44,894 nucleotides of DNA from a virus (lineage: Duplodnaviria; Caudoviricetes). This document shows positions 1 through 9,317 of the stretch, piece by piece (positions within the stretch are counted from its first letter, which is position 1; every line of letters begins with the position of its first letter). Location of the stretch: IMG/VR virus record IMGVR_UViG_3300036803_000078, positions 1-44,894 of that record; one strand, 5' to 3'. A program made the translations under genes and the position numbers. The notes beneath the pieces are model-generated. The model ran no database searches. It was given only the letters and a program-made list of their open reading frames with translations, and was not told where the DNA came from.

Positions 1-127
1 TGCATGGGTTTGGGCTGAAGACGACCTCGCTGGCCGAGCCCAACGTGCGCAATCTGCTCTATTCGGCCGATTCGATGGCTTGGTCGTATGCCGCGCGCCG
101 CGAAGGACGTAATCAAAACGACTGGCG
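1..127. repeat. Terminal direct repeat copy 1 (identical to 44768-44894); circular-assembly overlap
   Basis: Bases 1-127 (tgcatgggtt...actggcg) match the last 127 bases. An ORF reads through the junction. Confidence 0.95.
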
Positions 128-179
128 CGAGGCGAAAGCCTTTGTCGACAAAATCACTCGAGGAGCTCTGGCGGCCTGA
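1..179 (+). CDS. dpdA: 3' part of the DpdA/TGT-like transglycosylase (continues from 44233 across the junction)
   Basis: Frame 3 reads HGFGLKTTSLAEPNVRNLLYSADSMAWSYAARREGRNQNDWREAKAFVDKITRGALAA, stop TGA at 177-179. HGFG and SADSMAW are TGT-fold motifs. Confidence 0.75.
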   Translation, partial: HGFGLKTTSLAEPNVRNLLYSADSMAWSYAARREGRNQNDWREAKAFVDKITRGALAA

Positions 180-336
180 TCCTGCTTTCATCGGTCCGGT
201 GGCGCCGCCGATGTGGCTATGGGTGCGTGGCCGCGGCAGAGGGCGTTATTGGGAGCGATCACATTGGTGGCTATCGCGAGACGCTGAATCTGGTTAAAAC
301 CCTCATCGGGTGAACCAGATTGGGTCTTCGCGCGCC

Positions 337-3030
337 ATGACGATGGAACGCATCTTCGCGCATTTCAAAGATCAGCAAGGTCCAAACACCAGCTCATACG
401 ATCCTAGTGACCCCGACAGCTACGAAGCCTATCTTCGTTCGATGATGTCGGATAGTAAGGATTATGAAAACGCATTTTTACAAGTCGATAGAAACCAGTC
501 TCAACTTTACTACTATGGATACGAACCTTGGATTGGGCCATATAATCCAGGCTCACCTTACATAGGTGAGGATCCGAACGCTACTATTGGCGAGATTTTA
601 AACAAAGACAACACCAACCAGCCGAATCGCTCGACCTACGTCTCGACTGACGTGCGCGACGCGGTCATGTACATGCTGCCATCCCTGATCCGGCTGTTCG
701 GCGCCTCGGAGAACCCGGTCTATCTGGTGCCGCGCAGCGAGGAGGAGATCGCCTCGGCGGAACAGTCTACCGATTATATCAACTACACGATCTGGAATGA
801 TAATCCGGGTTTTTTGATCTTACACGGCGCGATCAAGGACGCGCTGACGGTCAAGACCGGTTTCGTTAAATGGTGGACCGAGGATTTCAAGGAGAAGAGG
901 CGCAAACGGTTTCTCAACATCGGCGTCGATCAGATCAAGATGCTGCTGGCCGAGGACGACACCGCCAGGCTGGTCAGCGTCGGCAGGACTGTTCAGCAGA
1001 AACTACCCCCTCCGTTGTCGCCGCCACCACCGCCTGCCCCACAGCCGAATGGCCTGCCGCCGGGTCCACTTGCTGCCGGCGGGCCACCCGCTGGTCCGCC
1101 GCCTGGCCCAATGGCCGGAGCTCCACCGCCGCAAATGCCGCCCCCTGGTCCGCCGATGCCGCCGCCTGCGGTCTACGAGCATGCGGTGATCGAATACGAG
1201 GTGTCGAAGCCGCTGATCAAGATCGCCGGGGTGCCGCCGGAAGAGATGCGGCTCGATCGCTACGCCCGCACTTGGAAGGACAGCCGGATCACCGGGCATG
1301 CGCGCATCGTCGCCGTCGATCAGTTGATCAAGATGGGCTACGACCGCGATCTCTGTCTCGAGCACATCCAGACTTCGGAAAGCCAATTCACCACCGAGCC
1401 GCAGTTGCGTAATCCGGCCCGCTTTATGGGCACCCGGATGGGCGATGGGGTGCTCTATGGTGAGTGGTATGTGAAGATCGACAAGGATGGCGACGGCATT
1501 CCCGAGCTTCGCTACATCTGCACTTTCGGCGACAATTACGAGATCGTCAACGACGAGGAGGCCAACCGGGTCAAGTTCGCCCTGTTCTCCTGCGATCCGA
1601 TCAGCCACACCATTGTTGGCGACAGTCTGGCGGATTTCACTGAGGACATTCAGCGCATCAAGACCAACATGATGCGCTCAATCCTCGACAGCGCCGCTGA
1701 AAGCATCAACCCGAAGACGGTCATCAACGAATTGGTGGTCGAGGTCGATGATGCGCTCAACGATGACCTCGGCGCGGTGATCCGTACTCGCGGCGACGTC
1801 AACAGCGCGGTGATGTACGCCAACGTTCCGTTCCTCGGCCAACAGGCGATGCCAGTGGTCGAGATGCTCAACGACCAACTGCAGCGGCGCACTGGCTTGT
1901 CGGACGCGGCCAAGGGGCTGGATCCCAAGGCGCTGCAGTCGAGCACCGAGATCGGCGTCGAGGCGGTGATCAACGGGGCGCAGGAGCGCACTGAATTGGT
2001 GGCGCGCATTCTGTGCGAAACCGGGTTCAAAGATTTGTTCACCGGGGTGTTTAACGAAATCTGCGAGAACCCCAACCAGAAGCGGACACTGAAGATCCGC
2101 GGCCAGTTTGTCCCTTACGATACTGGGACGTTCGACGCCTCGATGGCGGTCGAGGTCAACCCGAACATGGGCAAGGGGTCCGACATGGTTCGGATGATCG
2201 CCCTCAATCAGATCGACCAGAAGCAGCAGATGCTGGTGGCGCAGATGGGGCTCAACAACCCGATCTGCGGCGTCACCGAGATGTTGAACACCCAGACCGA
2301 CATGCTGGCGCTGGCCAACATCAGGGATGTGAGCCGCTATTTTAAGACCCCCAATCCGCAGCAGCTGCAGCGGATGATGTCGGCGCCGAAGCCGCCCGAT
2401 CCGATGGCGGTCGCCGCCCAGGCGCAGATCGAGAAGGTTCGCTCGGACAGCGCCAAGTCGCTAGCGCAACAACAGCTCGATCAGTCGAGGCTGATTGCCG
2501 ATACCCAATTCAAGCATCAGCAACTGCACGCCAAGACGCAACTCGACATCCAGAAGATGGACATCGACGCGCAGAAGGCGGGGCTCGACCACCACGTCCA
2601 ATTGGCGACGTTGGCCAGCAAGCTCGCCTCCGACGAGCAGGACCGGCAGCAGCAGGATCAGCAGGGCCAGGTCGACATGGCCCAGGCGCAGAACGATGCG
2701 GATGCTCAACAGCAGCAGGCGCAGCAGGCTCAGAACGATGTGCAGCTGAAGGCAGTGCAGACGCTGGCGCAGCATCATCAGAACATGGCGAAGATCCAGA
2801 GCCAGCATACTCAGGCGATGACGCAAATGGCGGCGCAGCATCATCAGGCGATGTCTGGCCTGCGTTCGCAGGAAGGCCAGACTGGGGCGAAGCTGGTCGC
2901 CGGCGCGCTCGACGGCCAGGCTGATCGAGCTCATCAGGCGCAGCAGTCTTCGCTCGACCGTGAGCATCAGGCGCTCACCACCGCGGCAACGCTGCAAACC
3001 CAGTCGAAGATCGCCAGGAAGAAGAAATGA
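337..3030 (+). CDS. Portal protein (podovirus type) with Pro-rich insertion and long Gln-rich C-terminal coiled coil; start could be 310, 337 or 343
   Basis: About 900 aa. Motifs RSTYVSTDVRDAV..MLPSL.RLF, DAL..KTGFVK.W and DGDGIPELR. Lies after the terminase module and before scaffold and capsid. Confidence 0.88.
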   Translation: MTMERIFAHFKDQQGPNTSSYDPSDPDSYEAYLRSMMSDSKDYENAFLQVDRNQSQLYYYGYEPWIGPYNPGSPYIGEDPNATIGEILNKDNTNQPNRSTYVSTDVRDAVMYMLPSLIRLFGASENPVYLVPRSEEEIASAEQSTDYINYTIWNDNPGFLILHGAIKDALTVKTGFVKWWTEDFKEKRRKRFLNIGVDQIKMLLAEDDTARLVSVGRTVQQKLPPPLSPPPPPAPQPNGLPPGPLAAGGPPAGPPPGPMAGAPPPQMPPPGPPMPPPAVYEHAVIEYEVSKPLIKIAGVPPEEMRLDRYARTWKDSRITGHARIVAVDQLIKMGYDRDLCLEHIQTSESQFTTEPQLRNPARFMGTRMGDGVLYGEWYVKIDKDGDGIPELRYICTFGDNYEIVNDEEANRVKFALFSCDPISHTIVGDSLADFTEDIQRIKTNMMRSILDSAAESINPKTVINELVVEVDDALNDDLGAVIRTRGDVNSAVMYANVPFLGQQAMPVVEMLNDQLQRRTGLSDAAKGLDPKALQSSTEIGVEAVINGAQERTELVARILCETGFKDLFTGVFNEICENPNQKRTLKIRGQFVPYDTGTFDASMAVEVNPNMGKGSDMVRMIALNQIDQKQQMLVAQMGLNNPICGVTEMLNTQTDMLALANIRDVSRYFKTPNPQQLQRMMSAPKPPDPMAVAAQAQIEKVRSDSAKSLAQQQLDQSRLIADTQFKHQQLHAKTQLDIQKMDIDAQKAGLDHHVQLATLASKLASDEQDRQQQDQQGQVDMAQAQNDADAQQQQAQQAQNDVQLKAVQTLAQHHQNMAKIQSQHTQAMTQMAAQHHQAMSGLRSQEGQTGAKLVAGALDGQADRAHQAQQSSLDREHQALTTAATLQTQSKIARKKK

Positions 3031-3293
3031 TCGAACCCCGCTCAGCCGAGGAGATCAAGACCAGGGCGCGCGAGGCGACCGAACTGGTGGAGAACCGCGC
3101 CTTTCTCGAATCGGTCGCGGAATTGCGCAAGCAGTGGTTCGGCGAGCTGATGAACCCGAATCTGGTGGAGACGGCGCGCATCGTCGCCCTGGTCGAGCGG
3201 CTGCGTGGCCTGGAGGCTATTCCACAGAAGTTGGCCAGCACAATGCGTGATGTCGAATTCACGCCAAGAGGAAGCAATGCCCGAAGGACTTGA
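3027..3293 (+). CDS. Small conserved head-module protein
   Basis: 88 aa helical ORF with ATGA overlap to the portal stop; typical position between portal and scaffold. Confidence 0.65.
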   Translation: MIEPRSAEEIKTRAREATELVENRAFLESVAELRKQWFGELMNPNLVETARIVALVERLRGLEAIPQKLASTMRDVEFTPRGSNARRT

Positions 3294-4386
3294 TTCGGCC
3301 GTAACGGCCTTCGCCAACGAGGTCGCGCCGCAAAGCCGGCCGCGCGACCAGGGCGGCAAGTTCGTCGCCACCAAATCAGCGCCGGAGCCGATGTTCGGCG
3401 CCCGCGAGATCGAAGGAGATCCGCTGACCGGCGACACGCGCGACGGCGGCGACAACGAGAGGCTCCGTTCACATGAACGTGAAGTCGCCGACGGCCGCGC
3501 TGAGCGTCCACCCGCTAGGCGTGAGCCGGAGGACGACGACGTCGAGGAAGTCGAGCAAGAGCCGGAGCGGATCAGCGCCGAGGTTGGCGCCGACGACGAT
3601 AGCGGCGAAAGGCAGGTCGAACGTCAGGGCGATGACGAAAAGTATGAGGTTACGGTCGATGGGCAGACTCATGAGGTCACGCTCGATGAGGCGCTCGCCG
3701 GCTACATCCGTCAGCAGACCTTCCACCAGCGGATGGCCAAGCTCAACGAGCTGCAGGGCGCGCTCGAGGCCGAGAACGGTAAGATAAACGCTAATTGGCA
3801 GATGTGGCACAAGGCGCGCGCCGCTTACGAGGAAGACCTCGGCAACATGATTCCGCATGAGCCGAACTGGGATGAAGCTTTCGCCAGGAACCCGGCCCAG
3901 GCGCATGCCGACCAGAAGGTTTACCGCGTTCTCTACGCTAAGTTGTCGGCGTCCCAGCAGGCGCGCGCCGAGCGCGAGCGGCTCGATCAGGAGGAGGCCG
4001 ATAGACGCCTGCAGAAATACGCGGTAGATGGATTCGCCAAGTTCGTCGCGATGCACCCCAGGGCGCTTCCCGATGAAGCCGCGCTGAAGAAGAACCTCCA
4101 GTCGATGCGTCGTACCGCAATGGCTGTTGGCTTCAGCGAAGCCGAAGTCGCCACTGTTTACGACCCGCGAATGCTCACGGTGTTGTTAAAGGCGAGCAAG
4201 TACGACCGTATGATGGCGGCTGGGCCCAGAGCCGTCATCCCAGGCAAGGGCAAGACGTTGACCCCCGGCGCCGCTACCCCCCTTGGTGGGAATGGACGCC
4301 GGAATGGCTTCGACGATGCACAGCGCCAGTTGGCGCGCAGCGGCAAACTTTCGGATGCTGTGGACGTGTTTCGACGAATGCTATGA
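3277..4386 (+). CDS. Capsid scaffolding protein
   Basis: ATG 3277 after GAGG. Acidic N-half, RDQGGKF motif, YEVTVDGQTHEVTLDE..GY motif and coiled coil. Directly upstream of the capsid gene. Confidence 0.8.
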   Translation: MPEGLDSAVTAFANEVAPQSRPRDQGGKFVATKSAPEPMFGAREIEGDPLTGDTRDGGDNERLRSHEREVADGRAERPPARREPEDDDVEEVEQEPERISAEVGADDDSGERQVERQGDDEKYEVTVDGQTHEVTLDEALAGYIRQQTFHQRMAKLNELQGALEAENGKINANWQMWHKARAAYEEDLGNMIPHEPNWDEAFARNPAQAHADQKVYRVLYAKLSASQQARAERERLDQEEADRRLQKYAVDGFAKFVAMHPRALPDEAALKKNLQSMRRTAMAVGFSEAEVATVYDPRMLTVLLKASKYDRMMAAGPRAVIPGKGKTLTPGAATPLGGNGRRNGFDDAQRQLARSGKLSDAVDVFRRML

Positions 4387-4396
4387 GGAGTCAACG

Positions 4397-5377
4397 ATGC
4401 CCAAGGTTACCAATGCATTCACCACCTATGAGGCGGTAGGCAATCGTGAAGACCTATCGAACGCTATCTACAATATCGACCCGTTCGATACGCCGTTCAT
4501 GAGCGCGGTTCGCCGGCGCAACGTCAAAAACAGGACGTTCGATTGGCAAACCGAGTTCCTACCGATCGTCAACGCCAACAACGCGCAGGTCGAAGGTTTC
4601 TCGCTCGCCAATGCGCCGGCGCAGCCGACCATCCGGCAAAACAATGTCACTCAAATTTCCGAAAGAGACGCCACTGTTTCTGGCTCGCAGGAGGAGTCAG
4701 ACGCGGCCGGCAAGTCGTCGGAAATGGCGCACCAGATGGCGATGGCCAGCAAGGTGCTCAAATCCGACATGGAGGTCATCGCCTGCGGCCGACAGGCGCG
4801 CAACAACGGCGACGACACTACGCCGACCGCGAGGACGACCGAAGCCTTCGCTCACTGGCTGGCCCGGGCCCGCGACAAGACCGGCGCGGTCGCCGGCGCG
4901 GTGGCGCCAGGCACGATTACGACTGGCCTTCCCACTCTAGCCACCGACGCCTTCCCGGCGCCGGGCTCGCCTGTCCCAATTACCGAGGCGATGTTGGGAG
5001 ATGCGATGCAGAAGGCGTACACCAATGGGGCGAGCCCATCGCTCTGGATTGTGCCGCCAGGGCCGAAGCGGACCGTCAGCACCTTCGTCGGCCGGTCGAC
5101 CACTCAGGTCTTGGTGGGCAAGACCGAGGTGGTCAGCACGGTCGATGTGCTGGCGACTGATTTTGGCCGGATCAAGTGCGTTCCTTCGCGCTGGGTGCCG
5201 GTCGACGTCGGACTGCTGATCGATCCGGATTATGCCGCCATCGCCTACTTCAGGTCGTTCAGGCAATATCTCATGGCAAGAATAGGGGACGCTGAGACCC
5301 GTATGATCGTAGCAGAATGGGGTTTGGAAATGCGCAACCCCTTAGCTCACGTCCTGTTTAACGGAATCACGAAGTAA
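4397..5377 (+). CDS. Major capsid protein (DUF5309/SU10-like, HK97 fold)
   Basis: ATG 4397 after GAGGAG. Motifs GNREDLSNAIYNIDP.DTPF, N.TQI, TDFG.I and GDAE..MIV.EW.LE.RN are characteristic of this capsid family. Confidence 0.92.
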   Translation: MPKVTNAFTTYEAVGNREDLSNAIYNIDPFDTPFMSAVRRRNVKNRTFDWQTEFLPIVNANNAQVEGFSLANAPAQPTIRQNNVTQISERDATVSGSQEESDAAGKSSEMAHQMAMASKVLKSDMEVIACGRQARNNGDDTTPTARTTEAFAHWLARARDKTGAVAGAVAPGTITTGLPTLATDAFPAPGSPVPITEAMLGDAMQKAYTNGASPSLWIVPPGPKRTVSTFVGRSTTQVLVGKTEVVSTVDVLATDFGRIKCVPSRWVPVDVGLLIDPDYAAIAYFRSFRQYLMARIGDAETRMIVAEWGLEMRNPLAHVLFNGITK

Positions 5378-5442
5378 CGCCGTTCACCTCCCAGACGGCG
5401 CACCTCGCCGGTTGGCGGCCCTCGTCGCTCACCGGCGGTTTT
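5378..5442 (+). terminator. Two hairpins and a T-run after the capsid gene; probable intrinsic terminator or structured 3' UTR
   Basis: cgccgtt-cacctccca-gacggcg, then cgccggt...accggcg followed by gttttt. Confidence 0.55.
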
Positions 5443-5451
5443 TAAGGTCTT

Positions 5452-5763
5452 ATGGTTATGGGCGAGGCGCGCAGAAAATATTTCGCTCAAAACGGTGTTT
5501 CACGCGAAACAATTACCGACAACGATGCGCCTGATCGCATTACTGTTCATGTGCAACAAGATGTGGAGCCCGTTCTCGACTCGATAGCGCGCGACCGCGA
5601 GATCATGCCGAACAATGGCGCGAACAAGCTGCTCGGCCGCCTGCCGCTGATCATCGTCGAGGATCTGATTAAGCGAGAAATCTACGACGACGGTCCGAAG
5701 TTCACCAAGTGGTGGAACTCGTCTGAAGCCGACCCGTGGAGGATCTGGCATGGGCGGGTTTAG
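5452..5763 (+). CDS. Conserved phage hypothetical protein (post-capsid)
   Basis: 103 aa with QDVEPVLD and W.N....PWR.W.G.V motifs often seen after DUF5309 capsids. Confidence 0.7.
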   Translation: MVMGEARRKYFAQNGVSRETITDNDAPDRITVHVQQDVEPVLDSIARDREIMPNNGANKLLGRLPLIIVEDLIKREIYDDGPKFTKWWNSSEADPWRIWHGRV

Positions 5764-6056
5764 TGGACGACTACGCCCTCAAGCCGCTCTATTTCGGCCC
5801 GGTCACCATCTGCGCTGTCCTTCTGATCGGCGGCTATGTGGCGTTGCTCGGCTATCAGGCGTGGATGCAGGGCGACGACTTCCGCGCGCCGATTCGCGAC
5901 ATTCTGGCGCTGGTGATCGTCATCGCGTTCATGGGGGTGGTCGCCTATCTGTTCGTCGGCAAGCCGAACGAAGCGGCCGACATCCTGATCGGCGCGCTGA
6001 TTGCAGCGTTCAGCGCCATCGTCGCGATGTACTTCAAGATCGGCGGTGACAAGTGA
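5763..6056 (+). CDS. Putative holin (three transmembrane segments)
   Basis: GTG overlaps the upstream TAG. Three hydrophobic stretches; directly upstream of and overlapping the endolysin. Confidence 0.6.
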   Translation: MDDYALKPLYFGPVTICAVLLIGGYVALLGYQAWMQGDDFRAPIRDILALVIVIAFMGVVAYLFVGKPNEAADILIGALIAAFSAIVAMYFKIGGDK

Positions 6057-6487
6057 CCCCTCACTTCACCCTGGTCGAGTTCACCGACAGCCAGACCGCG
6101 GCGCGCCGGGGCATCGACAACGCGCCGCCGGCCCGGGAGCGTAAAAACCTGCAGCGCACCGCCGAGACGATGGAGAAGGTCCGCACCCTCCTCGGCGATC
6201 ACCCGGTGCTGATCAGCTCCGGCTATCGCAGTCCGCCAGTCAACGCGGCGGTCGGCGGCAGCAAGAACAGCGCGCACATGAGCGGCCTGGCGGTCGACTT
6301 CAGTTGCCCGGGCTTCGGCACGCCGAAACAGATCTGCAGAAAGCTCGCGCAGCATATGAAGGAACTCGAGATCGATCAGCTGATCCATGAATACGATACC
6401 TGGGTGCATCTCGGCTTGAGCGCCGGCAAGCCGCGCTACATGGCGATGACCATCGACAGCAAGGGCACGCGCAACGGATTTGTGTGA
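6053..6487 (+). CDS. Endolysin, peptidase M15A family
   Basis: TPHFTL.EF, ISSGYRS..VN.AVGG..NSAH..G.A.D and WVHLG zinc-peptidase motifs. Confidence 0.9.
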   Translation: MTPHFTLVEFTDSQTAARRGIDNAPPARERKNLQRTAETMEKVRTLLGDHPVLISSGYRSPPVNAAVGGSKNSAHMSGLAVDFSCPGFGTPKQICRKLAQHMKELEIDQLIHEYDTWVHLGLSAGKPRYMAMTIDSKGTRNGFV

Positions 6488-6669
6488 TGAGCATCATTGG
6501 AATCGTTCTCGTTGTTCTTCTGATTTTGATTCTGCTCGGCGGCCTTGCGCCGCTCGGTTGGCATGGGGCGCCCTACGCCTATGGCTATGGCTTTCATCAC
6601 GGCGGCATCGGGGTGATCGGCGTGTTGTTGATCGTCTTGCTCATCCTGGCTTTAACGGGGCGGGTATGA
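6484..6669 (+). CDS. DUF3309-like small two-TM membrane protein
   Basis: Pattern I.LVVLLILILLGGL..W....YGYG...GG.G.IG.LLIVLLIL.L.GRV. Confidence 0.7.
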   Translation: MMSIIGIVLVVLLILILLGGLAPLGWHGAPYAYGYGFHHGGIGVIGVLLIVLLILALTGRV

Positions 6670-7322
6670 CCGACTTCAGTGATTTTTGCGCCCAGCTTAA
6701 GGATTACGCCAATCGCAGCGACTGGTCGGACGCGCTGGTCACTTCGTTCGTTAGAAACGCTGAGGAGAAGCTGAACGCCGAACTGCGCATCGACCGGATG
6801 ATCTGCACAGTGACCAACAACGTCACTCAGATGTGCGCTGCGCTGCCCGACAATTGGCTGGCGTCGGATTTCATGGAGATCCAGGACGGCACGACTCCGT
6901 CTGGCTGGCGACCGATCCGTTATGAGCAGCGCGACCGTTTCTTCAAGTTGCCGATCAGCCCCTATTCTGGCACCTACAAGACGTCGGCCTCGACCATGTA
7001 CAAATACACCATCGAGGGGCGAACCATCTTCTTCGGCGGCGCCGTCGACGAGATCGAGGGCACTCAGTTCAAATTGCATTACTACAACGAAGTCCCGGTC
7101 TTCTCCGACACTCAGGATAGCTGGGTCTACACCAAATTCAATGCGCTCTATCGCTGCGCGGCGCTGATGCACGCCGATCTGCATGCGGTGGGAGAGGAGG
7201 ACAAGGCCGGTGGGCTGAAAATGCTCTGTGAGGATATGATTCAGAAGCTCAACGACAATTGGAAGCGCGCTCGAGCGTCGGGTTCGCTACTGGCGCGCGG
7301 AAGGGTTCGGTCCTTTGGCTGA
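6666..7322 (+). CDS. Head-tail adaptor (tail tubular protein A-like)
   Basis: ATGA overlap. MTDFSD.....DY.NRSD....V.SFV..AE..LN..LR..M and LP..WL motifs typical of podovirus adaptors. Confidence 0.75.
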   Translation: MTDFSDFCAQLKDYANRSDWSDALVTSFVRNAEEKLNAELRIDRMICTVTNNVTQMCAALPDNWLASDFMEIQDGTTPSGWRPIRYEQRDRFFKLPISPYSGTYKTSASTMYKYTIEGRTIFFGGAVDEIEGTQFKLHYYNEVPVFSDTQDSWVYTKFNALYRCAALMHADLHAVGEEDKAGGLKMLCEDMIQKLNDNWKRARASGSLLARGRVRSFG

Positions 7323-9315
7323 CAATCAATGGATCGTCGACGGTCTGCCGCTCGACAACGAGTGGGATCCGTCGTGCGGTTGCGCCAAGCCGAGCGACCG
7401 CACCTCGACGGTCGACAACATCCAGATCACCGGCTCGCCAGGCGGCGTCACCTCGGTTCAGAACGACCAGGCTTTGTGGGCGGTCATTCTCAACGACGGC
7501 ACGCCGCAAGCTGATTTCGCCATTCAGCGATTTAACAGCGGGCAGTTAGTCGACACGCCGATGACCATCGAGCGCGCCACCGGCATTGTGACATTTCACG
7601 ACCCAGTGATGCTATCCGAAGATCCGGTCGATCCGATGGAGGCGGTGACCAAGGAGTATGTCGACACCAAGGGCGGTGTTCTAACGTGGAACGCGCGCGC
7701 CGGCGACGTCACTATGACGTCGACCGACGTTATGACGGCGCAGGGCTATTCATCTTACGACGCAGCCAATCCAGCCGGTTATCAGACTCAACAGCAAGTC
7801 ACCGACGCGATCAATTTCGCGGTGCCGCAGCCGTCGAACAATTTTCCGCTGATGGACGGAACCGCGGCGCCGGGGCAGACCAACCAATGGGCGCGCAGCG
7901 ATCACGTTCACCCGACCGATACCTCGCGTTATGCCGCATCGAATCCGTCTGGTTTCCAGACTTCGGCACAGGTCACCGCGTCGCTCAGCAATTATTTGCC
8001 GCTCGCAGGAGGCACGCTGACCGGCAATCTGTTTGTCCCGACCCTCGTCGCCACGACCGGCATTGCTGGGACGAGCGGCGGGGCGCCGCCGGTCCTATTC
8101 ACCGATCCGCCGGCGGCCGACAGTTCGTTGATGGTGCCGTCTACGCGCTGGGTTCAGGCGAGGATTGCCTCTTTCGGCAGTTCGGTCAGCATCAGCGATA
8201 CGCCGCCGGCAAGTCCGAAGGTCGGTGATCTGTGGTGGGACAGCGTCGGTGGCCAATTGTACGTCTGGTACGCGGACGCCAATTCGAGCCAATGGGTGGT
8301 CGCCAACAATGGTGGAGCGCCGCCGACCATCGACACGCATTACCGCAACCGCATCATCAACGGCGACATGGCGGTCGATATTCGCAACGGGGGCGCACTC
8401 ATCGCTATGCCCGCCGCTGGCGGATACATTATCGACCGCTGGAAGTTCTTGTCGAACATAGCGTCGAAGGGGCAAGCAGGGCGCGTCGCCATAGCGGCTC
8501 CATCGATCCTGCCGTTTCCGTACAGCCTGCAATTCATCACCCAGACTGCTTATGCTAGTCCAGCGGCGGGCGATGTGGCGAGATGCGCTCAACTCATTGA
8601 GGGGATCAATTTTAATGACGCCCAATGGGGAACGGCGCTGGCGCAGCCCGTTACGCTTGAGTTCTGGGCAAATGCTGGTCTTGCCGGAACCTACAGCGTT
8701 GCGGCGACTAACGTTGCCCTCAATCGGTCTTATGTCTCCACCTTCACCCTTCCGGCTGGCAATTGGACGAAGATCAAGCTTAACATTCCCGGCGATCAAA
8801 GCGGAACGTGGGCCGTCGCTGACGCTGCTGCGGCGCTTAGTTTATCGTTCGCATTGTGTATAGGATCGACTTACCAGACCGCGACGCTCAACCAATGGCA
8901 GGCTGGGGCATTTCTCGCCGCAACTGGCGCAACTAATGTGTTTGCCTCGACCTCAAATTATCTCGCACTAAGCGGCGTTGCGCTGATGGTCGGCGCAGCG
9001 GCAAGCAATGCCGAACCTGAGTTCCGCAAGTTTTCTGATAACCTGATCGACTGCCAGCGGTATTATCAGAAATATGTGCAAGTAATGGCGAGTGGATATA
9101 ATGCCGCAGGAGCAAATGTATTAGTTCAGTTTTTATTGTCGCCTCAAATGCGAGCTAGTCCGACAAGTGGGTTTGGAGCGCCAGCCTATGCCAATGCCTC
9201 TGGACTTGCTGTTAATGAAGTTAACCTTGATAATTTGAGATTGCAAGCAACGATTACGGCGGTTGGTTATGGATATGGGGTGGCGTCACCATTAACTTTA
9301 GACGCGGACTTCTGA
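7315..9315 (+). CDS. Tail fibre / receptor-binding protein 1
   Basis: TKEYVD, WARSDHVHPTD, YLPLAGGTLTG, GDLWWDS and C-terminal RNRIINGDM...CQRYY module. TTG start overlaps the adaptor. Confidence 0.8.
   Translation: MADNQWIVDGLPLDNEWDPSCGCAKPSDRTSTVDNIQITGSPGGVTSVQNDQALWAVILNDGTPQADFAIQRFNSGQLVDTPMTIERATGIVTFHDPVMLSEDPVDPMEAVTKEYVDTKGGVLTWNARAGDVTMTSTDVMTAQGYSSYDAANPAGYQTQQQVTDAINFAVPQPSNNFPLMDGTAAPGQTNQWARSDHVHPTDTSRYAASNPSGFQTSAQVTASLSNYLPLAGGTLTGNLFVPTLVATTGIAGTSGGAPPVLFTDPPAADSSLMVPSTRWVQARIASFGSSVSISDTPPASPKVGDLWWDSVGGQLYVWYADANSSQWVVANNGGAPPTIDTHYRNRIINGDMAVDIRNGGALIAMPAAGGYIIDRWKFLSNIASKGQAGRVAIAAPSILPFPYSLQFITQTAYASPAAGDVARCAQLIEGINFNDAQWGTALAQPVTLEFWANAGLAGTYSVAATNVALNRSYVSTFTLPAGNWTKIKLNIPGDQSGTWAVADAAAALSLSFALCIGSTYQTATLNQWQAGAFLAATGATNVFASTSNYLALSGVALMVGAAASNAEPEFRKFSDNLIDCQRYYQKYVQVMASGYNAAGANVLVQFLLSPQMRASPTSGFGAPAYANASGLAVNEVNLDNLRLQATITAVGYGYGVASPLTLDADF
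8341..9315 (+). repeat. Diverged tandem duplication copy 1 (copy 2 at 9540-10508)
   Basis: 8341-8396 vs 9540-9595 differ at 2 of 56 nt. 9043-9064 is identical to 10242-10263. Both genes end gacgcggayttctga. Confidence 0.9.
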
Positions 9316-9317
9316 CC

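Noticed and set aside
88-297. 69-aa ORF overlapping the dpdA 3' end
   Set aside because: It overlaps dpdA in another frame and has no clear RBS. Its Trp-rich C-terminal half could be a real micro-gene, but support is too weak.
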